In this document: piece after piece, positions 12,331 through 29,295 of the stretch | How positions within the stretch are numbered: position 1 is the first letter of the stretch | Layout of the letters: every line of letters begins with the position of its first letter | NCBI RefSeq assembly: GCF_003334255.1 | Contig: NZ_QOWU01000001.1 | From: Escherichia coli | Lineage (GTDB): Bacteria > Pseudomonadota > Gammaproteobacteria > Enterobacterales > Enterobacteriaceae | Strand: one strand, 5' to 3' | DNA: 64,000 bases | Position numbers and translations under genes: made by a program | Notes under the pieces: generated by a model | What the model saw: only the letters and a program-made list of their open reading frames with translations | Databases searched by the model: none | Told to the model about the DNA's origin: nothing

Positions 12331-12357
12331 AACCCGCGCCATTGCGCGGGTTTTTTT
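12331..12357 (+). terminator. leu attenuator intrinsic terminator
   Basis: AAAAACCCGCGCC ATTG CGCGGGTTTTTTT: GC-rich stem plus T7, 23 bp after the leuL stop and 44 bp before leuA. Confidence 0.88.
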
Positions 12358-12400
12358 ATGCCCGAAGCGAGGCGCTCTAAAAGAGACAAGGACCCAAACC

Positions 12401-15063
<2,663 letters not shown>

Positions 15064-15065
15064 TC

Positions 15066-17082
<2,017 letters not shown>

Positions 17083-17089
17083 TCCCCTT

Positions 17090-17117
17090 GCCCGGTCAAA
17101 TGACCGGGCTTTCCGCT
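17090..17117 (+). terminator. leu operon terminator-like hairpin between convergent leuD and setA
   Basis: GCCCGGTCA AA TGACCGGGC followed by TTTCCGCT; weak U-tract. Confidence 0.5.
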
Positions 17118-17130
17118 ATCGTCCACGTCA

Positions 17131-18309
17131 TCAAACGTCTTTAACCTTTGCGGTTAAAAATAATGCGACAACAGAAATAACCGCAATTACCCAGTAGACA
17201 GCAAAGTGCCCCCAACTTTGTGCAATTGCTCCCTGAATAACGCCAGCCAGAATTACCCCGGTAGAAATACTGTTAGTAAATAAGGTGGTAGCTGCCCCCG
17301 CTCTTCCAGGCATTAAATCCTGAAACCATAGCATCCCAATACCCGCAACAATGCCGATAAATACAGCGTTAAAAAGTTGCAGCGTCATCAACGCCATACG
17401 GCTATTAAAGAAAATCAATCCGGTGTAAAACAGTACTCCTGCCGCCACTGCTATGACCATCATTCGCCGCTTACCATAACGTTTGACATAGTAGCCAGCC
17501 AGAATCATTGCTGGTATTTCCAGTCCAGCTGCCGTCCCCATCAGGAAACCCGCCAGTTTGTCTGGCAATCCTAACTCGCTACTGATCCACAACGGCATAT
17601 CAATAATGTACATGGTGTTGCAGGTCCACATTAACGTCGAGGCGACAAATAACATCCGTACGTTACTATCCTGCCAGCCACCTTGCATTGATAAAGCATT
17701 TTCCGACGGCAGTTCTACCCGCGCCACAGACGGAAGCATAAATGCAATCAATACCAGACTGAGTGTGAATATCCCGGCGGCAATCGAAAACATCACCGTA
17801 AAGCCGTAATTCAACGCCAGCATAAAGGCCAACGGTGGACCGATAACCCATGCCAGAGAAAGCTGCGCACGCATCACCGAGCTAAACATCACCACTTCTC
17901 GCGCCGAGTTATCCGCATATTCCCGCGCCAGAGCAAATAACTGTGGCATTGCCGTATTGGCCAGAGATGCCAGAAGCACACCACAGGTGATAAGCGTCAG
18001 ATAATGACGATTAAATGCAAACAATAGCGCATTGCCGATAGCCATCAAACAGCAAAATATAATCAGTTTTCGCCGATCGCCCTGACTGTCAGAACGTTTT
18101 GCCAACCAGAGGCTTACGCCGATCCCAGCAATAGCATTCACCGTATAAAAGAGGCCGATCCAGAAAGGTTGCGCGCCAACCTCACGACTCAGAAATAAGC
18201 TCAATGTAGGAGCCTGTAGCGCCCCGGCCACCCCCATCATAAAAGCGACCAGCATAAATGCCGCGTAAACACCGTTCATACGGCGAGCCATCGTCATTAT
18301 CCAGATCAT
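17131..18309 (-). CDS. setA: Sugar efflux MFS transporter SetA
   Basis: ORF track 392 aa MIWIMTMARRMNGVYAAF..., multi-TM MFS; immediately downstream of sgrS. Confidence 0.95.
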   Translation of the reverse strand: MIWIMTMARRMNGVYAAFMLVAFMMGVAGALQAPTLSLFLSREVGAQPFWIGLFYTVNAIAGIGVSLWLAKRSDSQGDRRKLIIFCCLMAIGNALLFAFNRHYLTLITCGVLLASLANTAMPQLFALAREYADNSAREVVMFSSVMRAQLSLAWVIGPPLAFMLALNYGFTVMFSIAAGIFTLSLVLIAFMLPSVARVELPSENALSMQGGWQDSNVRMLFVASTLMWTCNTMYIIDMPLWISSELGLPDKLAGFLMGTAAGLEIPAMILAGYYVKRYGKRRMMVIAVAAGVLFYTGLIFFNSRMALMTLQLFNAVFIGIVAGIGMLWFQDLMPGRAGAATTLFTNSISTGVILAGVIQGAIAQSWGHFAVYWVIAVISVVALFLTAKVKDV

Positions 18310-18336
18310 ACGTTCCCTTTTTAGCGCGGCGAGAAT

Positions 18337-18563
18337 AAAAAAAACCAGCAGGTATAATCTGCTGGCGGGTGATTTTACACCAATACTCAGTCACACATGA
18401 TGCAGGCAAGTCAACTTTCAGAATTGCGGTCATCCCACTGCATCAGTCCTTCAAGCATGGTTAATCGTTGTGGGACGCTTAACCAACGCAACCAGCACAA
18501 CTTCGCTGTCGCGGTAAAATAGTGCTGATAAAACTGACGCATGGGGCACCCCCTTGCTTCATC
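18337..18563 (-). ncRNA. sgrS: Glucose-phosphate stress small RNA SgrS (dual-function)
   Basis: Minus strand reads GATGAAGCAAGGGGGTGCCCCATGCGTCAG... from 18563 and ends in the hairpin CCAGCAGG...CCTGCTGG plus T8 (plus-strand A8 at 18337-18344); 227 nt; divergent from sgrR. Confidence 0.9.
18411..18542 (-). CDS. sgrT: Small protein SgrT encoded within SgrS
   Basis: The last 43 codons of ORF-track ORF 18411..18710 read MRQFYQHYFTATAKLCWLRWLSVPQRLTMLEGLMQWDDRNSES; ATG at 18540-18542. Confidence 0.85.
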   Translation of the reverse strand: MRQFYQHYFTATAKLCWLRWLSVPQRLTMLEGLMQWDDRNSES

Positions 18564-18630
18564 GTTAGGAATTATTGACTTAATATAGGGAAAATAAAAT
18601 TGCTGTCTTTTGCACAGGAGTTCCCCTTTT

Positions 18631-20286
18631 ATGCCATCTGCTCGTCTGCAACAACAGTTCATCCGCCTGTGGCAATGCTGCGAGGGTAAATCGCAGGACA
18701 CAACGCTCAACGAACTGGCAGCGTTATTGAGCTGCTCGCGTCGTCATATGCGCACCCTGCTCAACACCATGCAGGATCGCGGCTGGCTGACGTGGGAAGC
18801 GGAAGTCGGGCGCGGTAAACGCTCGCGTCTGACATTCCTCTATACCGGGCTGGCGCTTCAGCAACAGCGGGCGGAAGACCTGCTGGAGCAGGATCGTATC
18901 GATCAACTGGTGCAGTTGGTTGGCGACAAAGCGACTGTGCGGCAAATGCTGGTTTCTCATCTGGGCCGCAGCTTCCGCCAGGGGCGGCACATCCTGCGCG
19001 TGCTCTACTATCGTCCGTTGCGTAATCTGCTACCTGGCAGCGCATTGCGCCGTTCCGAAACCCATATCGCCCGGCAAATCTTCAGTTCGCTAACGCGCAT
19101 AAATGAGGAAAATGGGGAACTGGAAGCAGACATCGCCCACCACTGGCAGCAAATTTCACCGCTTCACTGGCGTTTCTTTTTGCGTCCAGGAGTCCATTTT
19201 CACCATGGTCGTGAACTGGAAATGGACGATGTGATCGCCTCTTTAAAACGAATCAATACGCTGCCGCTCTATTCGCATATTGCTGACATTGTGTCGCCGA
19301 CGCCCTGGACGCTGGATATCCATCTCACGCAACCGGACCGCTGGTTACCGTTACTGCTGGGGCAAGTTCCGGCGATGATCCTGCCGCGCGAATGGGAAAC
19401 CCTCAGTAACTTTGCCAGCCATCCCATCGGCACCGGTCCGTATGCGGTGATTCGCAACAGCACCAATCAACTGAAAATTCAGGCATTCGATGACTTCTTC
19501 GGTTACCGGGCATTAATCGACGAAGTTAACGTCTGGGTTCTGCCGGAAATTGCCGACGAGCCAGCCGGAGGGCTGATGCTAAAAGGTCCACAGGGCGAGG
19601 AAAAAGAGATTGAAAGCCGCCTGGAGGAAGGTTGCTACTATTTACTGTTCGACAGCCGCACCCATCGCGGGGCGAATCAGCAAGTCAGGGACTGGGTAAG
19701 CTATGTGCTTTCTCCAACTAATCTGGTCTATTTCGCTGAGGAACAGTACCAGCAACTGTGGTTCCCGGCTTATGGACTGCTCCCCCGTTGGCACCATGCC
19801 CGCACCATAAAGAGCGAAAAACCGGCTGGCCTGGAAAGCCTCACCCTAACCTTTTATCAGGATCACAGTGAGCATCGGGTGATTGCCGGGATCATGCAGC
19901 AGATTCTGGCAAGTCACCAGGTCACGCTGAAAATCAAAGAGATCGACTACGATCAGTGGCATACAGGAGAGATCGAAAGTGATATCTGGCTAAACAGCGC
20001 CAACTTTACCCTGCCGCTGGACTTCTCTGTTTTCGCACATTTATGCGAAGTGCCACTGCTACAACATTGCATTCCCATTGACTGGCAAGCCGACGCTGCT
20101 CGCTGGCGCAATGGCGAGATGAATCTGGCGAACTGGTGCCAGCAACTGGTCGCCAGCAAAGCGATGGTGCCATTATTGCACCACTGGCTGATCATTCAGG
20201 GGCAACGCAGTATGCGCGGCCTGCGCATGAATACCCTCGGCTGGTTCGATTTTAAATCAGCGTGGTTTGCGCCACCGGATCCATGA
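18631..20286 (+). CDS. sgrR: Transcriptional activator SgrR
   Basis: ORF track ORF begins at TTG 18610; canonical ATG at 18631 ([15 protein letters not shown], 551 aa); N-terminal wHTH plus solute-binding-like C domain. Confidence 0.94.
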   Translation: MPSARLQQQFIRLWQCCEGKSQDTTLNELAALLSCSRRHMRTLLNTMQDRGWLTWEAEVGRGKRSRLTFLYTGLALQQQRAEDLLEQDRIDQLVQLVGDKATVRQMLVSHLGRSFRQGRHILRVLYYRPLRNLLPGSALRRSETHIARQIFSSLTRINEENGELEADIAHHWQQISPLHWRFFLRPGVHFHHGRELEMDDVIASLKRINTLPLYSHIADIVSPTPWTLDIHLTQPDRWLPLLLGQVPAMILPREWETLSNFASHPIGTGPYAVIRNSTNQLKIQAFDDFFGYRALIDEVNVWVLPEIADEPAGGLMLKGPQGEEKEIESRLEEGCYYLLFDSRTHRGANQQVRDWVSYVLSPTNLVYFAEEQYQQLWFPAYGLLPRWHHARTIKSEKPAGLESLTLTFYQDHSEHRVIAGIMQQILASHQVTLKIKEIDYDQWHTGEIESDIWLNSANFTLPLDFSVFAHLCEVPLLQHCIPIDWQADAARWRNGEMNLANWCQQLVASKAMVPLLHHWLIIQGQRSMRGLRMNTLGWFDFKSAWFAPPDP

Positions 20287-20317
20287 TTGCTGGTTGATAA
20301 CAAAATCACTACACTAA

Positions 20318-20414
20318 CGCCGTTCTCAACGGGGTGCCACGCGTACGCGTGCGCTGAGAAAATACCCGTCGAACCTGATCCGGATAACGCCGGCGAAGGG
20401 ATTTGAGGCTCCTT
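20318..20414 (+). promoter_or_regulatory. TPP riboswitch (thi-box) in the thiB leader
   Basis: GGGGTGCC (20331-20338) ... CTGAGA ... ACCC ... AACCTGATC ... GGATAACGCCGGCGAAGGGA: the conserved thi-box elements in the correct order, about 40 nt upstream of the thiB start. Confidence 0.85.
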
Positions 20415-20449
20415 CTCAAGTCCTTTGCCACTCTTTTTTGAGGTGCAAA

Positions 20450-21433
20450 GTGTTAAAAAAATGTCTGCCCCTGCTGTTGCTGTGCACAGCGCCCGTTTTC
20501 GCTAAACCCGTTCTGACTGTTTATACCTACGATTCCTTCGCCGCCGACTGGGGGCCTGGTCCGGTGGTTAAAAAAGCCTTTGAAGCCGACTGTAATTGCG
20601 AACTGAAACTGGTGGCGCTGGAAGATGGCGTTTCGCTTCTCAACCGTCTACGGATGGAAGGCAAAAACAGTAAAGCCGATGTGGTGCTGGGGCTGGATAA
20701 CAACCTGTTAGACGCCGCCAGTAAAACCGGACTGTTTGCCAAAAGCGGTGTGGCAGCGGATGCCGTTAACGTTCCCGGCGGCTGGAATAATGACACTTTC
20801 GTACCGTTTGATTATGGCTACTTCGCCTTCGTTTATGACAAGAACAAACTGAAAAACCCGCCACAAAGCCTGAAAGAACTGGTTGAGAGCGATCAAAACT
20901 GGCGGGTGATTTATCAGGATCCGCGCACCAGTACACCGGGGCTGGGTCTGTTGCTATGGATGCAAAAAGTCTATGGCGATGACGCCCCACAAGCCTGGCA
21001 GAAACTGGCGAAGAAAACGGTCACGGTCACCAAAGGCTGGAGCGAAGCCTACGGCCTGTTTTTAAAAGGTGAAAGCGATCTGGTACTGAGTTACACCACC
21101 TCTCCGGCTTATCACATTCTCGAAGAGAAGAAAGATAACTACGCCGCCGCGAACTTCAGCGAAGGTCACTATCTGCAAGTGGAAGTCGCCGCCCGCACCG
21201 CTGCCAGCAAGCAGCCGGAGCTGGCGCAAAAATTCCTCCAGTTTATGGTTTCTCCGGCTTTCCAGAATGCGATCCCAACCGGCAACTGGATGTATCCGGT
21301 GGCAAACGTCACGCTGCCTGCCGGTTTTGAAAAATTGACCAAACCCGCAACCACGTTGGAGTTCACGCCAGCCGAAGTGGCGGCACAACGTCAGGCATGG
21401 ATTAGCGAATGGCAACGCGCCGTCAGCCGTTAA
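20450..21433 (+). CDS. thiB: Thiamine ABC transporter periplasmic binding protein ThiB (TbpA)
   Basis: ORF track ORF begins at TTG 20438; canonical GTG at 20450 (MLKKCLPLLLLCTAPVFA signal peptide, 327 aa). Confidence 0.94.
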   Translation: MLKKCLPLLLLCTAPVFAKPVLTVYTYDSFAADWGPGPVVKKAFEADCNCELKLVALEDGVSLLNRLRMEGKNSKADVVLGLDNNLLDAASKTGLFAKSGVAADAVNVPGGWNNDTFVPFDYGYFAFVYDKNKLKNPPQSLKELVESDQNWRVIYQDPRTSTPGLGLLLWMQKVYGDDAPQAWQKLAKKTVTVTKGWSEAYGLFLKGESDLVLSYTTSPAYHILEEKKDNYAAANFSEGHYLQVEVAARTAASKQPELAQKFLQFMVSPAFQNAIPTGNWMYPVANVTLPAGFEKLTKPATTLEFTPAEVAAQRQAWISEWQRAVSR

Positions 21434-23020
21434 TTCCCGGCTGGTTAATTCCAGGTGTAAGCGCCACCACGCTGGTGGTAGCGGTTGCGCTGGCGGCGTT
21501 TCTCGCCCTGTGGTGGAACGCGCCGCAGGATGACTGGGTGGCAGTCTGGCAGGACAGCTATCTGTGGCATGTGGTGCGCTTCTCCTTCTGGCAGGCGTTT
21601 CTCTCGGCACTGCTCTCTGTCATACCCGCGATATTCCTCGCCCGCGCGCTCTATCGCAGGCGCTTTCCGGGTCGGCTGGCGCTGTTGCGTCTGTGTGCAA
21701 TGACCTTGATCCTCCCGGTGTTGGTCGCTGTTTTCGGCATTCTTAGCGTCTATGGTCGCCAGGGCTGGCTGGCAACACTCTGCCAATTCGCTCGGTCTGG
21801 AGTGGACCTTTTCGCCCTACGGCCTGCAAGGTATTTTGCTGGCCCATGTGTTTTTTAATCTGCCGATGGCGAGCCGCTTATTACTCCAGGCACTGGAAAA
21901 CATCCCCGGCGAACAGCGTCAACTTGCCGCCCAGCTTGGGATGCGTAGCTGGCATTTTTTCCGCTTCGTCGAATGGCCGTGGTTACGGCGACAAATCCCG
22001 CCGGTTGCTGCGCTTATCTTTATGCTCTGTTTCGCCAGCTTCGCCACCGTGCTATCGCTGGGGGGCGGTCCGCAGGCGACCACTATCGAGCTGGCAATCT
22101 ATCAGGCGCTGAGTTACGACTACGATCCTGCCCGCGCGGCAATGCTGGCGCTGCTCCAGATGGTGTGCTGCCTCGGGCTGGTGCTGTTGAGTCAGCGATT
22201 GAGTAAGGCCATTGCGCCCGGCACCACGCTGCTGCAAGGCTGGCGCGACCCGGACGATCGTCTGCATAGCCGCATTTGCGACACGGTGTTAATTGTGCTG
22301 GCGCTGCTGCTGTTGCTGCCACCGTTACTGGCGGTGATCGTCGATGGGGTAAATCGCCAGTTGCCGGAAGTGCTGGCACAACCGGTGCTGTGGCAGGCGC
22401 TGTGGACCTCGTTGCGTATTGCGCTGGCGGCAGGTGTATTGTGCGTAGTGCTGACCATGATGCTGCTATGGAGCAGTCGCGAACTGCGGGCGCGGCAGAA
22501 AATGCTGGCGGGTCAGGTGCTGGAGATGAGCGGCATGTTGATCCTCGCCATGCCGGGGATTGTGCTGGCTACCGGCTTCTTTTTACTGCTCAACAACACT
22601 ATCGGCCTGCCACAATCTGCTGACGGCATTGTGATTTTCACCAATGCGTTAATGGCGATCCCTTATGCGCTGAAAGTGCTGGAAAACCCGATGCGCGATA
22701 TCACCGCCCGCTACAGCATGTTATGTCAGTCGCTGGGGATTGAAGGCTGGTCACGCTTAAAAGTGGTGGAGCTGCGCGCCCTGAAACGTCCACTGGCGCA
22801 GGCGCTGGCCTTTGCATGCGTGCTGTCGATTGGTGATTTTGGCGTGGTGGCGTTGTTCGGTAACGATGATTTCCGCACCCTGCCGTTTTATCTCTACCAG
22901 CAAATTGGCTCCTATCGCAGCCAGGACGGTGCGGTCACCGCGTTAATTCTGCTGCTGCTCTGTTTTCTGCTGTTTACCGTGATTGAAAAACTACCGGGGC
23001 GAAATGTTAAAACTGACTGA
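21409..23020 (+). pseudogene. thiP: Thiamine ABC transporter permease ThiP, interrupted by a +1 frameshift at about 21787
   Basis: ORF track splits it into 21409..21858 (149 aa) and 21752..23020 (422 aa) in adjacent frames; 126 codons before plus 411 codons after the junction CAA-T-TCG restore a continuous 536-aa frame if one T is removed. Confidence 0.85.
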
Positions 23021-23702
23021 TATCACCTGGCTTTACCACCATTTGCCGATGCGTTTTAGCTTAACGGTGGAACGCGGCGAGCAGGTGGCGATCCTCGGGC
23101 CAAGCGGCGCGGGTAAAAGTACCCTGCTGAATTTGATCGCCGGTTTTCTGACGCCAGCCAGCGGTTCGCTGACTATCGATGGCGTAGATCACACAACTAT
23201 GCCGCCGTCACGCCGTCCGGTGTCGATGCTGTTTCAGGAGAACAACCTGTTCAGCCACCTGACGGTCGCACAGAACATCGGGCTGGGGCTAAATCCGGGA
23301 TTGAAACTGAACGCGGTACAGCAGGGGAAAATGCACGCTATCGCCCGCCAGATGGGGATTGATAATTTAATGGCGCGGTTACCGGGCGAGCTTTCCGGCG
23401 GTCAGCGACAGCGAGTGGCGTTAGCGCGTTGTCTGGTACGCGAACAGCCGATTTTATTGCTCGATGAACCGTTCTCTGCGCTCGATCCGGCGTTACGTCA
23501 GGAGATGTTGACGCTGGTGAGCACGAGCTGCCAGCAGCAAAAAATGACGCTATTGATGGTGTCGCACAGCGTGGAAGATGCGGCGCGGATCGCCACGCGC
23601 TCGGTAGTAGTCGCCGACGGGCGCATCGCCTGGCAGGGTATGACCAATGAGTTGTTGAGCGGTAAGGCGAGTGCTTCGGCACTATTGGGGATTACGGGTT
23701 AG
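23004..23702 (+). CDS. thiQ: Thiamine ABC transporter ATPase ThiQ
   Basis: ORF track ORF 22983..23702; canonical start [13 protein letters not shown] at 23004 (232 aa); Walker [10 protein letters not shown] and signature LSGGQRQR. Confidence 0.95.
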   Translation: MLKLTDITWLYHHLPMRFSLTVERGEQVAILGPSGAGKSTLLNLIAGFLTPASGSLTIDGVDHTTMPPSRRPVSMLFQENNLFSHLTVAQNIGLGLNPGLKLNAVQQGKMHAIARQMGIDNLMARLPGELSGGQRQRVALARCLVREQPILLLDEPFSALDPALRQEMLTLVSTSCQQQKMTLLMVSHSVEDAARIATRSVVVADGRIAWQGMTNELLSGKASASALLGITG

Positions 23703-23709
23703 TATGCAC

Positions 23710-23800
<91 letters not shown>

Positions 23801-23815
23801 GCACAAGACTATCTC

Positions 23816-24580
23816 CTAAACCCCAACCACTTTACGCAAAATATCGATATACACCGGCATCAACGGGTGGCGAATTAACACCACCAGCGCCACCACGCCG
23901 ATGGCAGAAATCAACGGCGTCAGCCACAACAAACGACCGCGGGACAAATAATGACTCAAACGGTCAGTCGCTTTACCGCTGCGCCATAACCGCCAGCACA
24001 GCCAGCCACCAACCCACAAAAACACCGCTGTTGCCAGCAGCAACCATTTAAACTCACCGCTCTGCATTCCGGCAGGAATATCGATCGCCGCGCCCGCCAG
24101 AATCCCTGGCAGGAAGTAAAACGGCGGCCACAGCAGGCAGCCGATAATATTCGGCGTAATAAATTTAGCCACCGGCAGATCCAGCATTCCCGCCACCATT
24201 GGCACCAGCGGACGCGTCGGGCCAACAAAACGACCGACCAGAATGGTGAACATGCTGTGTTGATGCAACGCATGTTCAGTTTTATCAAGTAGTGCTTTGT
24301 TTTTCTTCAGAAATGACCAGCGATGCAACGGCTTTTTAAAACGCCAACCCAGCCAGAAAGAAATCCAGTCGCCCATCAAGCAGCCAATAATCCCTGCCAG
24401 CCAGGCGTGCCAGAAACTTAACTCGCCGCTGCCAATCAGCGCTCCCAGCCCCGCCATCAGCACCGTACCGGGTAGAATCAAACCGACCAGCGCCAGCGAC
24501 TCCAGAAAGGCCACCAACACCACCGCCATCAATGAATACACGGTGGATTGGGTAATAAAGTGTTCCAGCAATGCTTGCAT
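23816..24580 (-). CDS. yabI: DedA-family inner membrane protein YabI
   Basis: ORF track 254 aa MQALLEHFITQSTVYSLMAVVLVAFLESL..., multi-TM. Confidence 0.92.
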   Translation of the reverse strand: MQALLEHFITQSTVYSLMAVVLVAFLESLALVGLILPGTVLMAGLGALIGSGELSFWHAWLAGIIGCLMGDWISFWLGWRFKKPLHRWSFLKKNKALLDKTEHALHQHSMFTILVGRFVGPTRPLVPMVAGMLDLPVAKFITPNIIGCLLWPPFYFLPGILAGAAIDIPAGMQSGEFKWLLLATAVFLWVGGWLCWRLWRSGKATDRLSHYLSRGRLLWLTPLISAIGVVALVVLIRHPLMPVYIDILRKVVGV

Positions 24581-24665
24581 AATGTGCCTGTCAAATGGAC
24601 GAAGCAGGGATTCTGCAAACCCTATGCTACTCCGTCAAGCCGTCAATTGTCTGATTCGTTACCAA

Positions 24666-25544
24666 TTATGACAACTTGACGGCTACATCATTCACTTTTT
24701 CTTCACAACCGGCACGAAACTCGCTCGGGCTGGCCCCGGTGCATTTTTTAAATACTCGCGAGAAATAGAGTTGATCGTCAAAACCAACATTGCGACCGAC
24801 GGTGGCGATAGGCATCCGGGTAGTGCTCAAAAGCAGCTTCGCCTGACTAATGCGTTGGTCCTCGCGCCAGCTTAAGACGCTAATCCCTAACTGCTGGCGG
24901 AAAAGATGTGACAGACGCGACGGCGACAAGCAAACATGCTGTGCGACGCTGGCGATATCAAAATTGCTGTCTGCCAGGTGATCGCTGATGTACTGACAAG
25001 CCTCGCGTACCCGATTATCCATCGGTGGATGGAGCGACTCGTTAATCGCTTCCATGCGCCGCAGTAACAATTGCTCAAGCAGATTTATCGCCAGCAGCTC
25101 CGAATAGCGCCCTTCCCCTTGCCCGGCGTTAATGATTTGCCCAAACAGGTCGCTGAAATGCGGCTGGTGCGCTTCATCCGGGCGAAAGAAACCCGTATTG
25201 GCAAATATTGACGGCCAGTTAAGCCATTCATGCCAGTAGGCGCGCGGACGAAAGTAAACCCACTGGTGATACCATTCGCGAGCCTCCGGATGACGACCGT
25301 AGTGATGAATCTCTCCTGGCGGGAACAGCAAAATATCACCCGGTCGGCAGACAAATTCTCGTCCCTGATTTTTCACCACCCCCTGACCGCGAATGGTGAG
25401 ATTGAGAATATAACCTTTCATTCCCAGCGGTCGGTCGATAAAAAAATCGAGATAACCGTTGGCCTCAATCGGCGTTAAACCCGCCACCAGATGGGCGTTA
25501 AACGAGTATCCCGGCAGCAGGGGATCATTTTGCGCTTCAGCCAT
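24666..25544 (-). CDS. araC: Arabinose operon regulator AraC
   Basis: ORF track ORF 24666..25595; canonical start [22 protein letters not shown] at 25542-25544 (292 aa). Confidence 0.96.
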
Positions 25545-27583
<2,039 letters not shown>

Positions 27584-27593
27584 GGACACGATA

Positions 27594-29096
27594 ATGACGA
27601 TTTTTGATAATTATGAAGTGTGGTTTGTCATTGGCAGCCAGCATCTGTATGGCCCGGAAACCCTGCGTCAGGTCACCCAACATGCCGAGCACGTCGTTAA
27701 TGCGCTGAATACGGAAGCGAAACTGCCCTGCAAACTGGTGTTGAAACCGCTGGGCACCACGCCGGATGAAATCACCGCTATTTGCCGCGACGCGAATTAC
27801 GACGATCGTTGCGCTGGTCTGGTGGTGTGGCTGCACACCTTCTCCCCGGCCAAAATGTGGATCAACGGCCTGACCATGCTCAACAAACCGTTGCTGCAAT
27901 TCCACACCCAGTTCAACGCGGCGCTGCCGTGGGACAGTATCGATATGGACTTTATGAACCTGAACCAGACTGCACATGGCGGTCGCGAGTTCGGCTTCAT
28001 TGGCGCGCGTATGCGTCAGCAACATGCCGTGGTTACCGGTCACTGGCAGGATAAACAAGCCCATGAGCGTATCGGCTCCTGGATGCGTCAGGCGGTCTCT
28101 AAACAGGATACCCGTCATCTGAAAGTCTGCCGATTTGGCGATAACATGCGTGAAGTGGCGGTCACCGATGGCGATAAAGTTGCCGCACAGATCAAGTTCG
28201 GTTTCTCCGTCAATACCTGGGCGGTTGGCGATCTGGTGCAGGTGGTGAACTCCATCAGCGACGGCGATGTTAACGCGCTGGTCGATGAGTACGAAAGCTG
28301 CTACACCATGACGCCTGCCACACAAATCCACGGCAAAAAACGACAGAACGTGCTGGAAGCGGCGCGTATTGAGCTGGGGATGAAGCGTTTCCTGGAACAA
28401 GGTGGCTTCCACGCGTTCACCACCACCTTTGAAGATTTGCACGGTCTGAAACAGCTTCCTGGTCTGGCCGTACAGCGTCTGATGCAGCAGGGTTACGGCT
28501 TTGCGGGCGAAGGCGACTGGAAAACTGCCGCCCTGCTTCGCATCATGAAGGTGATGTCAACCGGTCTGCAGGGCGGCACCTCCTTTATGGAGGACTACAC
28601 CTATCACTTCGAGAAAGGTAATGACCTGGTGCTCGGCTCCCATATGCTGGAAGTCTGCCCGTCGATCGCCGCAGAAGAGAAACCGATCCTCGACGTTCAG
28701 CATCTCGGTATTGGTGGTAAGGACGATCCTGCCCGCCTGATCTTCAATACCCAAACCGGCCCAGCGATTGTCGCCAGCTTGATTGATCTCGGCGATCGTT
28801 ACCGTCTACTGGTTAACTGCATCGACACGGTGAAAACACCGCACTCCCTGCCGAAACTGCCGGTGGCGAATGCGCTGTGGAAAGCGCAACCGGATCTGCC
28901 AACTGCTTCCGAAGCGTGGATCCTCGCTGGTGGCGCGCACCATACCGTCTTCAGCCATGCACTGAACCTCAACGATATGCGCCAATTCGCCGAGATGCAC
29001 GACATTGAAATCACGGTGATTGATAACGACACACGCCTGCCAGCGTTTAAAGACGCGCTGCGCTGGAACGAAGTGTATTACGGGTTTCGTCGCTAA
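27594..29096 (+). CDS. araA: L-arabinose isomerase AraA
   Basis: ORF track ORF 27570..29096; canonical start [20 protein letters not shown] at 27594 (500 aa). Confidence 0.96.
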   Translation: MTIFDNYEVWFVIGSQHLYGPETLRQVTQHAEHVVNALNTEAKLPCKLVLKPLGTTPDEITAICRDANYDDRCAGLVVWLHTFSPAKMWINGLTMLNKPLLQFHTQFNAALPWDSIDMDFMNLNQTAHGGREFGFIGARMRQQHAVVTGHWQDKQAHERIGSWMRQAVSKQDTRHLKVCRFGDNMREVAVTDGDKVAAQIKFGFSVNTWAVGDLVQVVNSISDGDVNALVDEYESCYTMTPATQIHGKKRQNVLEAARIELGMKRFLEQGGFHAFTTTFEDLHGLKQLPGLAVQRLMQQGYGFAGEGDWKTAALLRIMKVMSTGLQGGTSFMEDYTYHFEKGNDLVLGSHMLEVCPSIAAEEKPILDVQHLGIGGKDDPARLIFNTQTGPAIVASLIDLGDRYRLLVNCIDTVKTPHSLPKLPVANALWKAQPDLPTASEAWILAGGAHHTVFSHALNLNDMRQFAEMHDIEITVIDNDTRLPAFKDALRWNEVYYGFRR

Positions 29097-29098
29097 GT

Positions 29099-29285
29099 AG
29101 CCGCATCCGGTATGTAACGCCTGATGCGACGCTGACGCGTCTTATCTGGCCTACACGCTGCGATTTTGTAGGCCGGATAAGCAAAGCGCATCCGGCATTC
29201 AACGCCTGATGCGACGCTGGCGCGTCTTATCAGGCCTACACGCTGCGATTTTGTAGGCCGGATAAGCAAAGCGCATCCGGCACGA
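29099..29285. repeat. REP/BIME array: about 2.3 tandem copies of an 85-bp unit between araA and araD
   Basis: CGCCTGATGCGACGCTG...GTAGGCCGGATAAGCAAAGCGCATCCGGCA begins at 29118 and again at 29203 (period 85), with a partial copy at 29099-29117. Confidence 0.85.
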
Positions 29286-29295
29286 AGGAGTCAAC

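Noticed and set aside
29099-29285. The 85-bp tandem units as a possible mobile element or CRISPR
   Set aside because: Sequence matches REP/BIME palindromic units (GCCGGATAAG...GCATCCGGC); this is ordinary extragenic repeat DNA.
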